Sequence record: SRR31156797_8486
Length of the DNA stretch: 48,958 nucleotides
Strand: one strand, 5' to 3'
The notes under the pieces: model-generated
What the model was told of the DNA's origin: nothing
Databases searched by the model: none
The model's input: only the letters and a program-made list of their open reading frames with translations
Made by a program: the position numbers and the translations under genes
Part shown: one piece after another, positions 37,786-46,456 of the stretch
Position numbering within the stretch: position 1 is the first letter of the stretch
How the letters are laid out: each line of letters begins with the position of its first letter

Positions 37786-38583
37786 ATGAAAAACAAAAAC
37801 AACATTAAATTTTCACTATGCGCAGCCTTGGCACTAACACTATCAGCATCTAGTGCTTTTGCTGCGCAACTAAATTATTTTAACACCGGAGGCTGGACAG
37901 CTTTTTCTCCCTCTACAGAAGACACAACCGTAGATAAGGTTGACCCTGGTTTTGGAGGTCAAGCATTTGATGCTGAGTACCTTTATTGGAAACAAGAAGG
38001 CAGTACCCTTTCGCTGGGAATTCAAACTGGGTTCGATATTTCCTTAGGCCATCAGGAATATGGTACAAACAAATATTACTGGGCTGGTGATTTAGCTTTA
38101 GATATTGGCGATACAGGCTACAAGTATGTAGTAGATTTTGGTTTTAAAACTGCTGGTTACTCAGATAGATCGACTACTAATCCAGCATCGAAAGGGACAG
38201 CGCATGCTGCAGGCTTTTACGAAGTAGACACGTGGAATAATGATATCTATTTCGACAGTGGAAGTACTGACTCAACACCATTTGCTATGCAAACCGCAAA
38301 AGGTTCTTCCCTAACTAATATCATCACCACAGCTAGTTCAGGTAATAACAACGGAGATCTTTCCTACTACAGAATCGTCTCTTTTAATTTATCCGATGTT
38401 CTAACTCTTGAACAATTAACTCAAGGAACGACAATAGGAGCACACTGGACGATGTCGTGCGGAAACGATGAGATTGAAGGAACATTTAACACAAATGCTG
38501 TCCCAGAGCCAACAACCATGCTCCTTTTCGGAACGGGCATAGCAGCTTTTGCTGGCATCAGCAGGAAAAAAATGAGAAAGTAG
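37786..38583 (+). CDS. PEP-CTERM sorting-domain surface protein
   Basis: Signal peptide ending AFA-A; Thr/Ser/Gly-rich body; HWTMSCGND; C-terminal VPEPTTMLLFGTGIAAFAGISRKKMRK. Confidence 0.95.
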   Translation: MKNKNNIKFSLCAALALTLSASSAFAAQLNYFNTGGWTAFSPSTEDTTVDKVDPGFGGQAFDAEYLYWKQEGSTLSLGIQTGFDISLGHQEYGTNKYYWAGDLALDIGDTGYKYVVDFGFKTAGYSDRSTTNPASKGTAHAAGFYEVDTWNNDIYFDSGSTDSTPFAMQTAKGSSLTNIITTASSGNNNGDLSYYRIVSFNLSDVLTLEQLTQGTTIGAHWTMSCGNDEIEGTFNTNAVPEPTTMLLFGTGIAAFAGISRKKMRK

Positions 38584-38607
38584 CTAAATCTTCTCATCTT
38601 AATGTAG

Positions 38608-38637
38608 AAAGGCAGGCCCTTAAACCTGCCCTTTTTT
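38608..38637 (+). terminator. Intrinsic terminator
   Basis: GGCAGG-loop-CCTGCC followed by a T-tract, just after the PEP-CTERM stop. Confidence 0.8.
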
Positions 38638-38752
38638 ATTTCATCAAAATCCTCGTTTCTTAGGATGAAATTCTACCTATTCCAGGTATAGTTACCAACA
38701 AATATGCCGTTACTTAACAATAACTCAATGTGTATCAATTTCACCTTTACCC

Positions 38753-39433
38753 ATGCCAGTCTTTCGCCTTGTAGATGACCTGATTTTTCCTGCCACCGAC
38801 CTTGCCGAACCAGATGGACTCCTTGCGATAGGAGGCGACCTTTCGCCGGAACGGTTGCTCATGGCCTACGCCAGCGGTATCTTTCCCTGGTACGCTGAAG
38901 GGGAACCATTACTCTGGTGGTCACCAGCCCCCAGACTGGTCCTCTTCCCTGAGGAGTTTCACCTGCCTCGAAGCCTTCGTCGCACCCTCAACAAAAATAA
39001 ATTTCATGTAACCGCAGATACAGCCTTTGCAGAGGTCATCGCCTCCTGCTCCCAGGCAAGTCACCGCGACCAGCAAGGGACCTGGATCACCGCAGATATG
39101 CAGCAGGCTTATATTCGCCTCCACGAACTCGGCTTTGCCCACTCAATAGAATGCTGGCACGAAGATTCACTTGCCGGTGGTCTCTATGGGGTATGTATTG
39201 ACAACTTCTTTTTTGGCGAGTCCATGTTCACCAACGTTACAGATGCATCCAAGATTGCTCTGGCTACTTTGGCCAAGGCAGCAACCACCCTCAACATTGC
39301 CATCATTGACTGCCAAATGACCACGGAGCATCTTCTACGTTTTGGGGCACGGGAAATTTCCAGAGAACAATTCCAGGAACAACTGGACACCCACATCGAT
39401 ACATGCAGGCCTCAAAAAAAATGGCGCCTGTAG
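38753..39433 (+). CDS. aat: Leucyl/phenylalanyl-tRNA--protein transferase
   Basis: GLLAIGGDLSPERL, AYxxGIFPW, WWSPAPR, TWIT, AHSIECW, GGLYG, FFGESMF, DASK, IDCQ. Confidence 0.97.
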   Translation: MPVFRLVDDLIFPATDLAEPDGLLAIGGDLSPERLLMAYASGIFPWYAEGEPLLWWSPAPRLVLFPEEFHLPRSLRRTLNKNKFHVTADTAFAEVIASCSQASHRDQQGTWITADMQQAYIRLHELGFAHSIECWHEDSLAGGLYGVCIDNFFFGESMFTNVTDASKIALATLAKAATTLNIAIIDCQMTTEHLLRFGAREISREQFQEQLDTHIDTCRPQKKWRL

Positions 39434-39641
39434 AAGCAGGTAAGGAGGGAACCTGCAAACAGACGCCAATCAGGAAGGACATGATTACCATTTGAAGGGT
39501 GTTCAGGTCTTCAAATGATACTGACTGATCCTGCACTGCCATACAGTGACCAATCATAAGCAGGTTATTTTCTCCCTGCCATGACTTTTACATTAAGTAC
39601 CACAACGTGCCTGTCAAGGCAAAAATCTCTCTACGTCACAC

Positions 39642-41750
39642 CTACATGTCCATATCAAAATCATAGCGTAGGGAAGATCGGGAAAAATGGCGGTTGATTT
39701 TCTTAAGCCCGTACAGATTAGGGACTGTAAAATTGATTTCCCAGTCACCAACCTGAGATACACCACGCCCAAGATAAACTATATCAGTCACTTTCATCTC
39801 CAAAGGAGCTACAGAAAGCAACATAAACAGCCGATGGCGGTTTACTTCCATGACAATCAGTTTCTGCGATTTTTCTATTTTAGTTTCTTTGAGCTTCCAA
39901 CGTACCTCTACTGCATCTTCCCGTTGAAACTTAATTCGCTGCAACTGAACACAATCTTTGCGATGCAGCGATAAACCGCGCTCACTCAGCAGACCAATAA
40001 CGCCCTTATCCAGTGGTGTGGGTTTACAGCAGGCAGATGATTTCATAACCACCGGATCCAAAGTGGTGAGATCAACCCGGTTAAACACCCCTGTGGGCTG
40101 GTACAAAGTTGGCCGGCCAACATATAGGCCATTGCGAATCTCATATATGAGTTCCCGCAGCTTGACATGGCCTACCCCCAACTGAAGAAAAAGATCATCA
40201 AGGGAATCAAGGTTAAAATATGCCAGGATATCGGCCATTCCCTGTTTTTCGATAACCTCAAAAGGTACACCATAGCGTCGCATTTCCTGTCGCAAAACAG
40301 AAGCACCTATATCAGATAGCACCTTTTCCCGACGTAACCGAAATGCTTTAGCCAACTCTGAACGTGCACGGGATGTCTGGCACTTTTTCTGAGTATCATA
40401 GTCAAAATTAACAGGCTTGTCTTGGCGCAGCACCTTGATCACATTACCATCCCTGAGCCTGGTATGAACATCGACTTTTCGATTTCCAATCATTGCTCCG
40501 ACACATGTGTGGCCGATGGCGGTATGTACCCGAAAGGCAAAATCAAGTACAACGGAATTCACAGGTAGGCATACAAGATCCCCCTGGGGGGTATAGGTAT
40601 AAATCTCTTTTCGCCCTCTTGCTGCAATCAGATCCCGATACGATACTGAATCCTCGCTGCCAAGGATATCAAACATTTCTTGAATTTCTTTAACAAAGCG
40701 GACCTTTGCCTTACCGCCTTCATTCCAATCGCGAATAAGTCCTCGTTGAGCCCTGCGGGCCATATTTTCTGTACGGATCTTAAAGAGGTACTTGCGACCG
40801 CCTATGTTGCATCGTGCATGAAGCCCTTGGTAACCAGAAGGCTTAGGGTTAGCGATAAAATCACGAATGGTCCTGGGAATTGGAGGGTAGATGACATTCA
40901 ATGTACCCAAGGCTGTGTAACAGTCTTTTCGCTGCCCAACAATTACCAGCACCTCCTGCGGTGTCTCAATCTCCTGGATAAGGATACGGTGACGAAAATC
41001 ATAATACCCCCATAACCCTTTGGTTCGCAAATCGATTTTGCTCTCTATCCCATCCTCACGCAGCGCCTGCTGGGCATTGTCAATTATTTCCAGGGAAGCA
41101 GGATCATTTTCCAGCTTATTTATTTTGAGCTGCAGCTTATTTCCCTGACGCGGATATTTATAGGCCAAGGCAAGGTTATACAACTCACGCTTAATGTCAA
41201 AAAGGCCAAGAATGGTTGCCAGAGGCGCATAGATATCCAACGTTTCCGCAGCTATCTTCTGCCTTTTGTGGCGGGGCATTGATGAAAGTGTACGCAGATT
41301 ATGCAGCCTGTCTGCAAGTTTAACCAACATCACCTCAAGCCGCGCTGCCGCACCACTAAAAATTTTTCGATGGACAAGCTTTTTAAAAGTCTGCTGGTCC
41401 CCCGAATAATTGGTTACTTTGGTACAGCCGTCGACAATCGCCTCAACAATGGGACCGAAATGATGCCGAATGGTTTCATTCGTTACACTTTCAACATCCT
41501 CGACTGTATCATGCAAAAGAGCTGCAGCAAGCATCTCAGGATCGGTGATATCAAGCTCTTCTGCAAGAATTCGGGCTACACTGCAGGGATGCATAATATA
41601 TGGATCACCAGAGCGACGCCATTGGTCCCCATGGGCATCAAGCGCAAAATCCAATGCCCCCCAAAAGACTTGTGCCTCAGCACTTTGATCAACAAAGCGC
41701 TCCATCACCTCTTTATAGGCCGGGATATCAAAAGAGGAATTATGCATCAT
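39642..41750 (-). CDS. Long RelA/SpoT homolog (HD hydrolase - degenerate SYNTH - TGS - ZFD - C-terminal domain)
   Basis: RRSGDPYIMHP, LLHDTVED, KLADRLHN; PKPSGYQGLH; TGS LDFAFRVHTAIG; ZFD-like SACCKP...LSLHRKDC. Confidence 0.88.
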   Translation of the reverse strand: MMHNSSFDIPAYKEVMERFVDQSAEAQVFWGALDFALDAHGDQWRRSGDPYIMHPCSVARILAEELDITDPEMLAAALLHDTVEDVESVTNETIRHHFGPIVEAIVDGCTKVTNYSGDQQTFKKLVHRKIFSGAAARLEVMLVKLADRLHNLRTLSSMPRHKRQKIAAETLDIYAPLATILGLFDIKRELYNLALAYKYPRQGNKLQLKINKLENDPASLEIIDNAQQALREDGIESKIDLRTKGLWGYYDFRHRILIQEIETPQEVLVIVGQRKDCYTALGTLNVIYPPIPRTIRDFIANPKPSGYQGLHARCNIGGRKYLFKIRTENMARRAQRGLIRDWNEGGKAKVRFVKEIQEMFDILGSEDSVSYRDLIAARGRKEIYTYTPQGDLVCLPVNSVVLDFAFRVHTAIGHTCVGAMIGNRKVDVHTRLRDGNVIKVLRQDKPVNFDYDTQKKCQTSRARSELAKAFRLRREKVLSDIGASVLRQEMRRYGVPFEVIEKQGMADILAYFNLDSLDDLFLQLGVGHVKLRELIYEIRNGLYVGRPTLYQPTGVFNRVDLTTLDPVVMKSSACCKPTPLDKGVIGLLSERGLSLHRKDCVQLQRIKFQREDAVEVRWKLKETKIEKSQKLIVMEVNRHRLFMLLSVAPLEMKVTDIVYLGRGVSQVGDWEINFTVPNLYGLKKINRHFSRSSLRYDFDMDM

Positions 41751-41965
41751 AGCTGGCCAAGTGGCCCTGTTTTTCTGTATTTATCATCCAGATCGTGTAG
41801 GATTATATTTATACCTTGCTGTGAGGTTGCATTGCAAACCATACTTTTCGCACCCACACACTCTCAAGTTCACTCAAATTGCACTGCAGTGTAGCAGATT
41901 GTTATTCTCCAACAAAGCAAATTTTCCTGCCACTGTCTCCAAAAGACCAACACCAACAATATAAA

Positions 41966-44188
41966 ATGACCAGAAAAAAAGACCACAGGCTGCGAAACAA
42001 ACCTGCTGCCAGAAAGGCTCATAAAAAGTCACGCTCAACAGACGCTGGCTTGTGGCACATGGAACAAAAAGTGACAACGTTACTGGTCAACCAGAAAAAG
42101 GCTATGTCTCTCTCAGATATTGCAGCGGCCATCCGCCTCTCCAAAAAGGAAAGACCTCGCCTGGCTAAGCTGCTTGAACAGATGACGACCGTAAAAAAAC
42201 TACACAAAAAAGGGAAACGATTCAGCCTTGCCGGCGGCAAGGATCTGCTGCGCGCCACCTTGGACTTGACAGCAAAAGGGTTTGCCTTTGCTACAGTAGA
42301 AAACCAAGACCCAAAAGAAAAGGATATATTTATTGCTGCCAGGGATCTCAATGGCGCAAGCCATGGTGACACAGTACTGATTGCCATAACTCATTTTGCC
42401 AGGGGTCGAAGGGAAGGCAGGGTAGCCCAGGTACTCTCTCGGGCCGTCACCAGCCTTTGCGGCATTTTCAATGCTAAGGGTGCAGCCGGTTTCGTTACTC
42501 CGGATAACGACAGGCTTCCCTATACTGTGCTTATTGGTAAAGGCAATATCTCCAACGCAGAAGACGGCATGGCAGTTGTCGTGGAAATTACTGACTACGG
42601 TAGTGAACGGCAATCACCGCAAGGGGAAATCACCGAAATCCTTGGTGACCCGTACGACACCGACGTGCAAATTAAGATGGCCATCATGGAGGCCAAGCTT
42701 CGCGATCATTTTCCAGGTGCCGTTCTCGAGGAAGCAGAAAAGCTTCAGCCACTCACCATATGCAGCGACGATCGACAAGACCTTCGGCATATTCCCCATG
42801 TGACCATTGACGGTGCCGATGCTCGTGATTTTGATGATGCTATTGCTGTCGAACAGACGGCCAACGGTTTTACCCTTTATGTATCCATAGCCGATGTCAG
42901 CCACTATGTTAAACCAGGGTCTGCGATAGACCAGGAAGCTTACGCCCGCGGCACAAGCGTTTATCTCCCAGACAGGGTGTTACCGATGCTTCCCGAACGG
43001 CTATCCAACAACCTTTGCAGCCTGGTCCCAGAGGAACCCCGTCCGGCATTTACAGCTATATTACGCTTTGACAATGCGGGGCATCGAATAAGTGAACGTT
43101 ACACAAAAAGCCTGATCAAAAGCTGGCGGCGTTTTACATACTCGACGGTGAATAGTCTCTTATATCTGCAGGACCAGACCCTCCGCAAGGAACACGGAGA
43201 TCTTTTTCCCATGCTGGAAGGTGCTAAAACATTAACGAGCCTGCTCGGTCAACAAAGAGCTCAACGCGGCAGCCTCGGTTTCAACATTCCCGAACCATCC
43301 ATCCAGATCGACAAGAGGAAAGTGACAGCCATCACCTTAAGCGAAAGGAACCAGGCACACATGCTGATAGAAGAATGCATGCTTGCAGCCAATGAAGCTG
43401 TCGCCGAAACCCTTTCCACACGTGCTCGGCAGGTTCTATTCAGGATACATGAAGACCCTGACCCTGTAAAATTGCAGGGTTTTGTCGATGTCTGCAAGGC
43501 TTTGGGAGTAATGTTACCTACAACAGAAAAAAATCCTGCCTGGTTTGCAGAGGTTATTGCTGCCACAGCTGGCACTCCGCGTGAATATGTTATCAACAAC
43601 CTTCTGCTCCGCACGATGCAGCAGGCGAGATATTCTGCTGAAAACAACGGCCACTTCGGGCTTGCCGCAGATTTCTATCTCCATTTCACCTCCCCCATTA
43701 GGCGCTATCCAGATCTGATAGCGCACCGGGCACTCCATGCCCTGCTCAAGCACCAGACCACAGACACTCGCCTCCTCCCTCAATCGTCAGGCCACAACGC
43801 CCTGGTAGAGGCAGGAAAAGAACTTTCCGGCTGCGAACGTAAAGCCGTCAAAGTTGAACGAAATGTCCATGCCCGATTAGCCGCGGTGTACATGAGAGAT
43901 AAGGTGGGTGAACAATACCCGGCAGTTATTTCAGGGGTAACCTCTTTTGGTCTTTTCGTAGAATTGCAAAAATATTTTATCAGTGGTGCCATCCCCGTCC
44001 AAACAATGAAAAATGATTATTACCTCCATGATGCAAAGCGTCACCGCCTCATCGGTGAGAGGACCAACCGCATCTACCAATTAGGTGATACGCTGGAAGT
44101 TACACTTGACCATGTGGACATTCTCAGCAAACGCATTACCTTTTCGCTTGCTGAGGAAGAAAAGAGCAAGGAAGATCCGTCTCTCTGA
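41966..44188 (+). CDS. rnr: Ribonuclease R
   Basis: CSD domains; RNB TIDGADARDFDDA, IADVSHYV, HFTSPIRRYPDL; C-terminal S1 domain. Start taken at ATG 41966. Confidence 0.95.
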   Translation: MTRKKDHRLRNKPAARKAHKKSRSTDAGLWHMEQKVTTLLVNQKKAMSLSDIAAAIRLSKKERPRLAKLLEQMTTVKKLHKKGKRFSLAGGKDLLRATLDLTAKGFAFATVENQDPKEKDIFIAARDLNGASHGDTVLIAITHFARGRREGRVAQVLSRAVTSLCGIFNAKGAAGFVTPDNDRLPYTVLIGKGNISNAEDGMAVVVEITDYGSERQSPQGEITEILGDPYDTDVQIKMAIMEAKLRDHFPGAVLEEAEKLQPLTICSDDRQDLRHIPHVTIDGADARDFDDAIAVEQTANGFTLYVSIADVSHYVKPGSAIDQEAYARGTSVYLPDRVLPMLPERLSNNLCSLVPEEPRPAFTAILRFDNAGHRISERYTKSLIKSWRRFTYSTVNSLLYLQDQTLRKEHGDLFPMLEGAKTLTSLLGQQRAQRGSLGFNIPEPSIQIDKRKVTAITLSERNQAHMLIEECMLAANEAVAETLSTRARQVLFRIHEDPDPVKLQGFVDVCKALGVMLPTTEKNPAWFAEVIAATAGTPREYVINNLLLRTMQQARYSAENNGHFGLAADFYLHFTSPIRRYPDLIAHRALHALLKHQTTDTRLLPQSSGHNALVEAGKELSGCERKAVKVERNVHARLAAVYMRDKVGEQYPAVISGVTSFGLFVELQKYFISGAIPVQTMKNDYYLHDAKRHRLIGERTNRIYQLGDTLEVTLDHVDILSKRITFSLAEEEKSKEDPSL

Positions 44189-44445
44189 GCTAGCATGAGT
44201 ACAACTGCAGTTTCTCTTGACGAAGCAGGCTATTTCAAATAAAACCCAGCTTGGTTATGCATATGATTGACAATCCCCAGCGAGGAGAATGGAAGATCCA
44301 TCACCTGGGCAGTCAATTTCCCCCAATAAAAATCTTCCGAAAAACACTGAGCATTTTACACAGAGGATAACGACAACATAAGCGTGGTGAGTGTTATGTC
44401 GCCCTCTCATCTTATAAGAAAAAGGCTTTATTTAGAGGTATCAAC

Positions 44446-44952
44446 ATGGAAGAAACAAGCTGGATAGGCAGCATATTAGGCAACCCTTTCTTACGCGGCC
44501 TGCTCATTGGGCTCTTGATCGCACTTGTCCTTTGGGTAAGGGCGCTCTTCAAAATACGTGACCTCAACAACAGTCTCAAGAAATTGAGAGAACACCTGCA
44601 CACGAAACTGGAAATTGACTCTGAAGAAAACGAGCGCCGTAAAATAGAGATGGACAAACTGAAACAGGAACGAGATAACCTGCGCAACATGGTTCAGGTG
44701 CTCAATCAAAAACCTGGCCGCCAGGAACTCCGCCAGACGCAGGTCTACCAGAAAGCACTTGAAATCATGTTTGAAAAATCACCGGGCTTTGCCCCTGCCT
44801 GGCAGATTACCCTTAAGGAAGCTGAAGAGGAAATCAAACAGGCAGAAAAGGGTATTATTCCTTTCTTTAAACGAATGACCTCCAACTCTTCAACATCTGC
44901 AGAAAAACCTTCCAAACGTCATTTGGAACTTGAGGAGTCAACCGGCAGCTGA
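44446..44952 (+). CDS. Hypothetical membrane-anchored coiled-coil protein
   Basis: GAGG RBS; single N-terminal TM helix followed by a charged heptad-rich helix; downstream hairpin. Confidence 0.75.
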   Translation: MEETSWIGSILGNPFLRGLLIGLLIALVLWVRALFKIRDLNNSLKKLREHLHTKLEIDSEENERRKIEMDKLKQERDNLRNMVQVLNQKPGRQELRQTQVYQKALEIMFEKSPGFAPAWQITLKEAEEEIKQAEKGIIPFFKRMTSNSSTSAEKPSKRHLELEESTGS

Positions 44953-44974
44953 CTCTACACGCCCAACAGCATTT

Positions 44975-45005
44975 TTACCGGAACTCCGCATTGGGGTTTC
45001 GGTAA
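44975..45005 (+). terminator. Hairpin, putative terminator after the 44446 gene
   Basis: TTACCGGAACTCC-GCATT-GGGGTTTCGGTAA, 13-bp stem with G-U pairs, followed by TATCTTTTT. Confidence 0.55.
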
Positions 45006-45064
45006 TATCTTTTTCCTGCATCCCCGCAAACACTAAGACCTCCCTTTTGCTTTCCTGCCCGACA

Positions 45065-45820
45065 ATGAATGACAAACAGCACCCCCCCGAAGACACGATG
45101 GTCGCGATTATTCTAGTACGACCTAAATACCCTGAAAACATAGGCGCATCAGCACGCATTGCCCAAAATTTCGGCATTCAAAAACTCATCGTTGTTGCCG
45201 ATGAACAACCTGATAAAGACAAAATGCTTAAGATGGCCACTCACAAAGCTGCGCACATGATCCATGAAATGGAATTATATGCAACAACAGCGGAAGCCGC
45301 TCGTCCCTTTCATTCCATCATAGCGACCACGGCCAGACAGGGAAGACAGAGACCCCAAAAGATGAGTCCACGAAGAGTCATGCAGGAATTCGCGCCACTG
45401 GTGGCAGGTAACAACGTGGCGATCATGTTTGGCCCTGAGAATGCAGGCCTCTCCAATGAAGATGTTGACCTTTGCCAGTTCACCTCCACTATCCCCACAT
45501 CAGATTTCTCCTCCCTGAACCTTGCCCAGGCAGTGGCCATACATTGCTATGAACTCTATACCGTCCTGCCGGATGTTGTGCACCCCCACAATAAAACACA
45601 GGAATACGCTAACTCTCATGATCTCGAAGGCATGTACGATCACATAGAGCAGGCCCTTCTCCAGGTCACCTTTCTCCACGATACGAATCAAACCTACTGG
45701 ATGCGTAACATTCGCCAGTTTTTAAGTAGAATCAGGTTGAGAAAAAAAGAGGCCAGTATGATTCGTGGGGTCTGTAGAAAATTTATCTGGCACCAAACCA
45801 AAAAATCAGAGACCGTATAA
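45065..45820 (+). CDS. SPOUT RNA methyltransferase, TrmJ/LasT family
   Basis: ILVRPKYPENIGASAR, IATTAR, MFGPENAGLSNE, SSLNLAQAVAI. Start at ATG 45065 (or 45098) rather than 44930. Confidence 0.92.
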   Translation: MNDKQHPPEDTMVAIILVRPKYPENIGASARIAQNFGIQKLIVVADEQPDKDKMLKMATHKAAHMIHEMELYATTAEAARPFHSIIATTARQGRQRPQKMSPRRVMQEFAPLVAGNNVAIMFGPENAGLSNEDVDLCQFTSTIPTSDFSSLNLAQAVAIHCYELYTVLPDVVHPHNKTQEYANSHDLEGMYDHIEQALLQVTFLHDTNQTYWMRNIRQFLSRIRLRKKEASMIRGVCRKFIWHQTKKSETV

Positions 45821-46447
45821 AGGACAACTGTTACAGACTGGATTTTTTTTTCGACAATAATGCTTGCCGACCTGTACTAACAAAGCATGATATTCATTAA
45901 ACACTTCGACGTCAGCGTCTAGGTTATCCATAAACAATTCCTGCATTTCGTTGTAGCTGGACGTCTCCCCCACAAGGTTGTGTCTACTCAAAACCCGATA
46001 AGTGTACGTATCTACTACAAACGAGGGAAGCTGAGCAGCATAGAGAAGAATGCAGTCCGCAGTTTCCTGCCCAACCCCTTTTACGCCCAAGAGTTGGGCC
46101 CGCAACGGTGCCAGCGGCTGCGCCAAAAATCCAGCCACTGTGCCGTCGCCATGATCAACAATGCAGTGACAAAGGTTTAGCAAGCGAGCAGCTTTGACAT
46201 TGTAATACCCCGCAGGACGAATATATTCTGCCACTAATCCGGAAGGCAGCTCGATCAACTTTTCCAGACTGAGCATTCCTGCGCCCTTGATCCTTTGAAT
46301 GGCCTTTTCCACATTGGACCAGTTGGTATTCTGAGTCAATACAGCACCAACCATTACTTCAAAAGGCGTTTCTCCGGGCCACCAGTTCTGAGGGCCAAAA
46401 TGATCCATGAGCCTCCTGTATATTTCACTGAGTGCATCTTTGGTCAT
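45806..46447 (-). CDS. Endonuclease III-related HhH-GPD DNA glycosylase (COG2231-like)
   Basis: WWPGETPFEVMVGAVLTQNTNW, IRPAGYY, HhH LLGVKGVGQETAD, FVVDTY, EYHAL, C-terminal Cys loop. Confidence 0.9.
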   Translation of the reverse strand: MTKDALSEIYRRLMDHFGPQNWWPGETPFEVMVGAVLTQNTNWSNVEKAIQRIKGAGMLSLEKLIELPSGLVAEYIRPAGYYNVKAARLLNLCHCIVDHGDGTVAGFLAQPLAPLRAQLLGVKGVGQETADCILLYAAQLPSFVVDTYTYRVLSRHNLVGETSSYNEMQELFMDNLDADVEVFNEYHALLVQVGKHYCRKKNPVCNSCPLYGL

Positions 46448-46456
46448 TACTTTTTG

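Noticed and set aside
36648-37805. Short ORFs (36648-36842, 37255-37458, 37557-37805) or an IS remnant in the long intergenic region
   Set aside because: AT-rich low-information translations without RBS; no transposase motifs or terminal repeats recognised.
39303-39557. 84-aa minus-strand ORF between aat and the RSH gene
   Set aside because: Half overlaps aat, with no convincing RBS or motif.
41301-41894. 197-aa + strand ORF
   Set aside because: Antisense to the well-supported RSH hydrolase domain; no motifs.
44930-45064. 45-aa N-terminal extension of the TrmJ-like ORF
   Set aside because: Overlaps the upstream gene and a terminator-like hairpin; homology starts after ATG 45065/45098.
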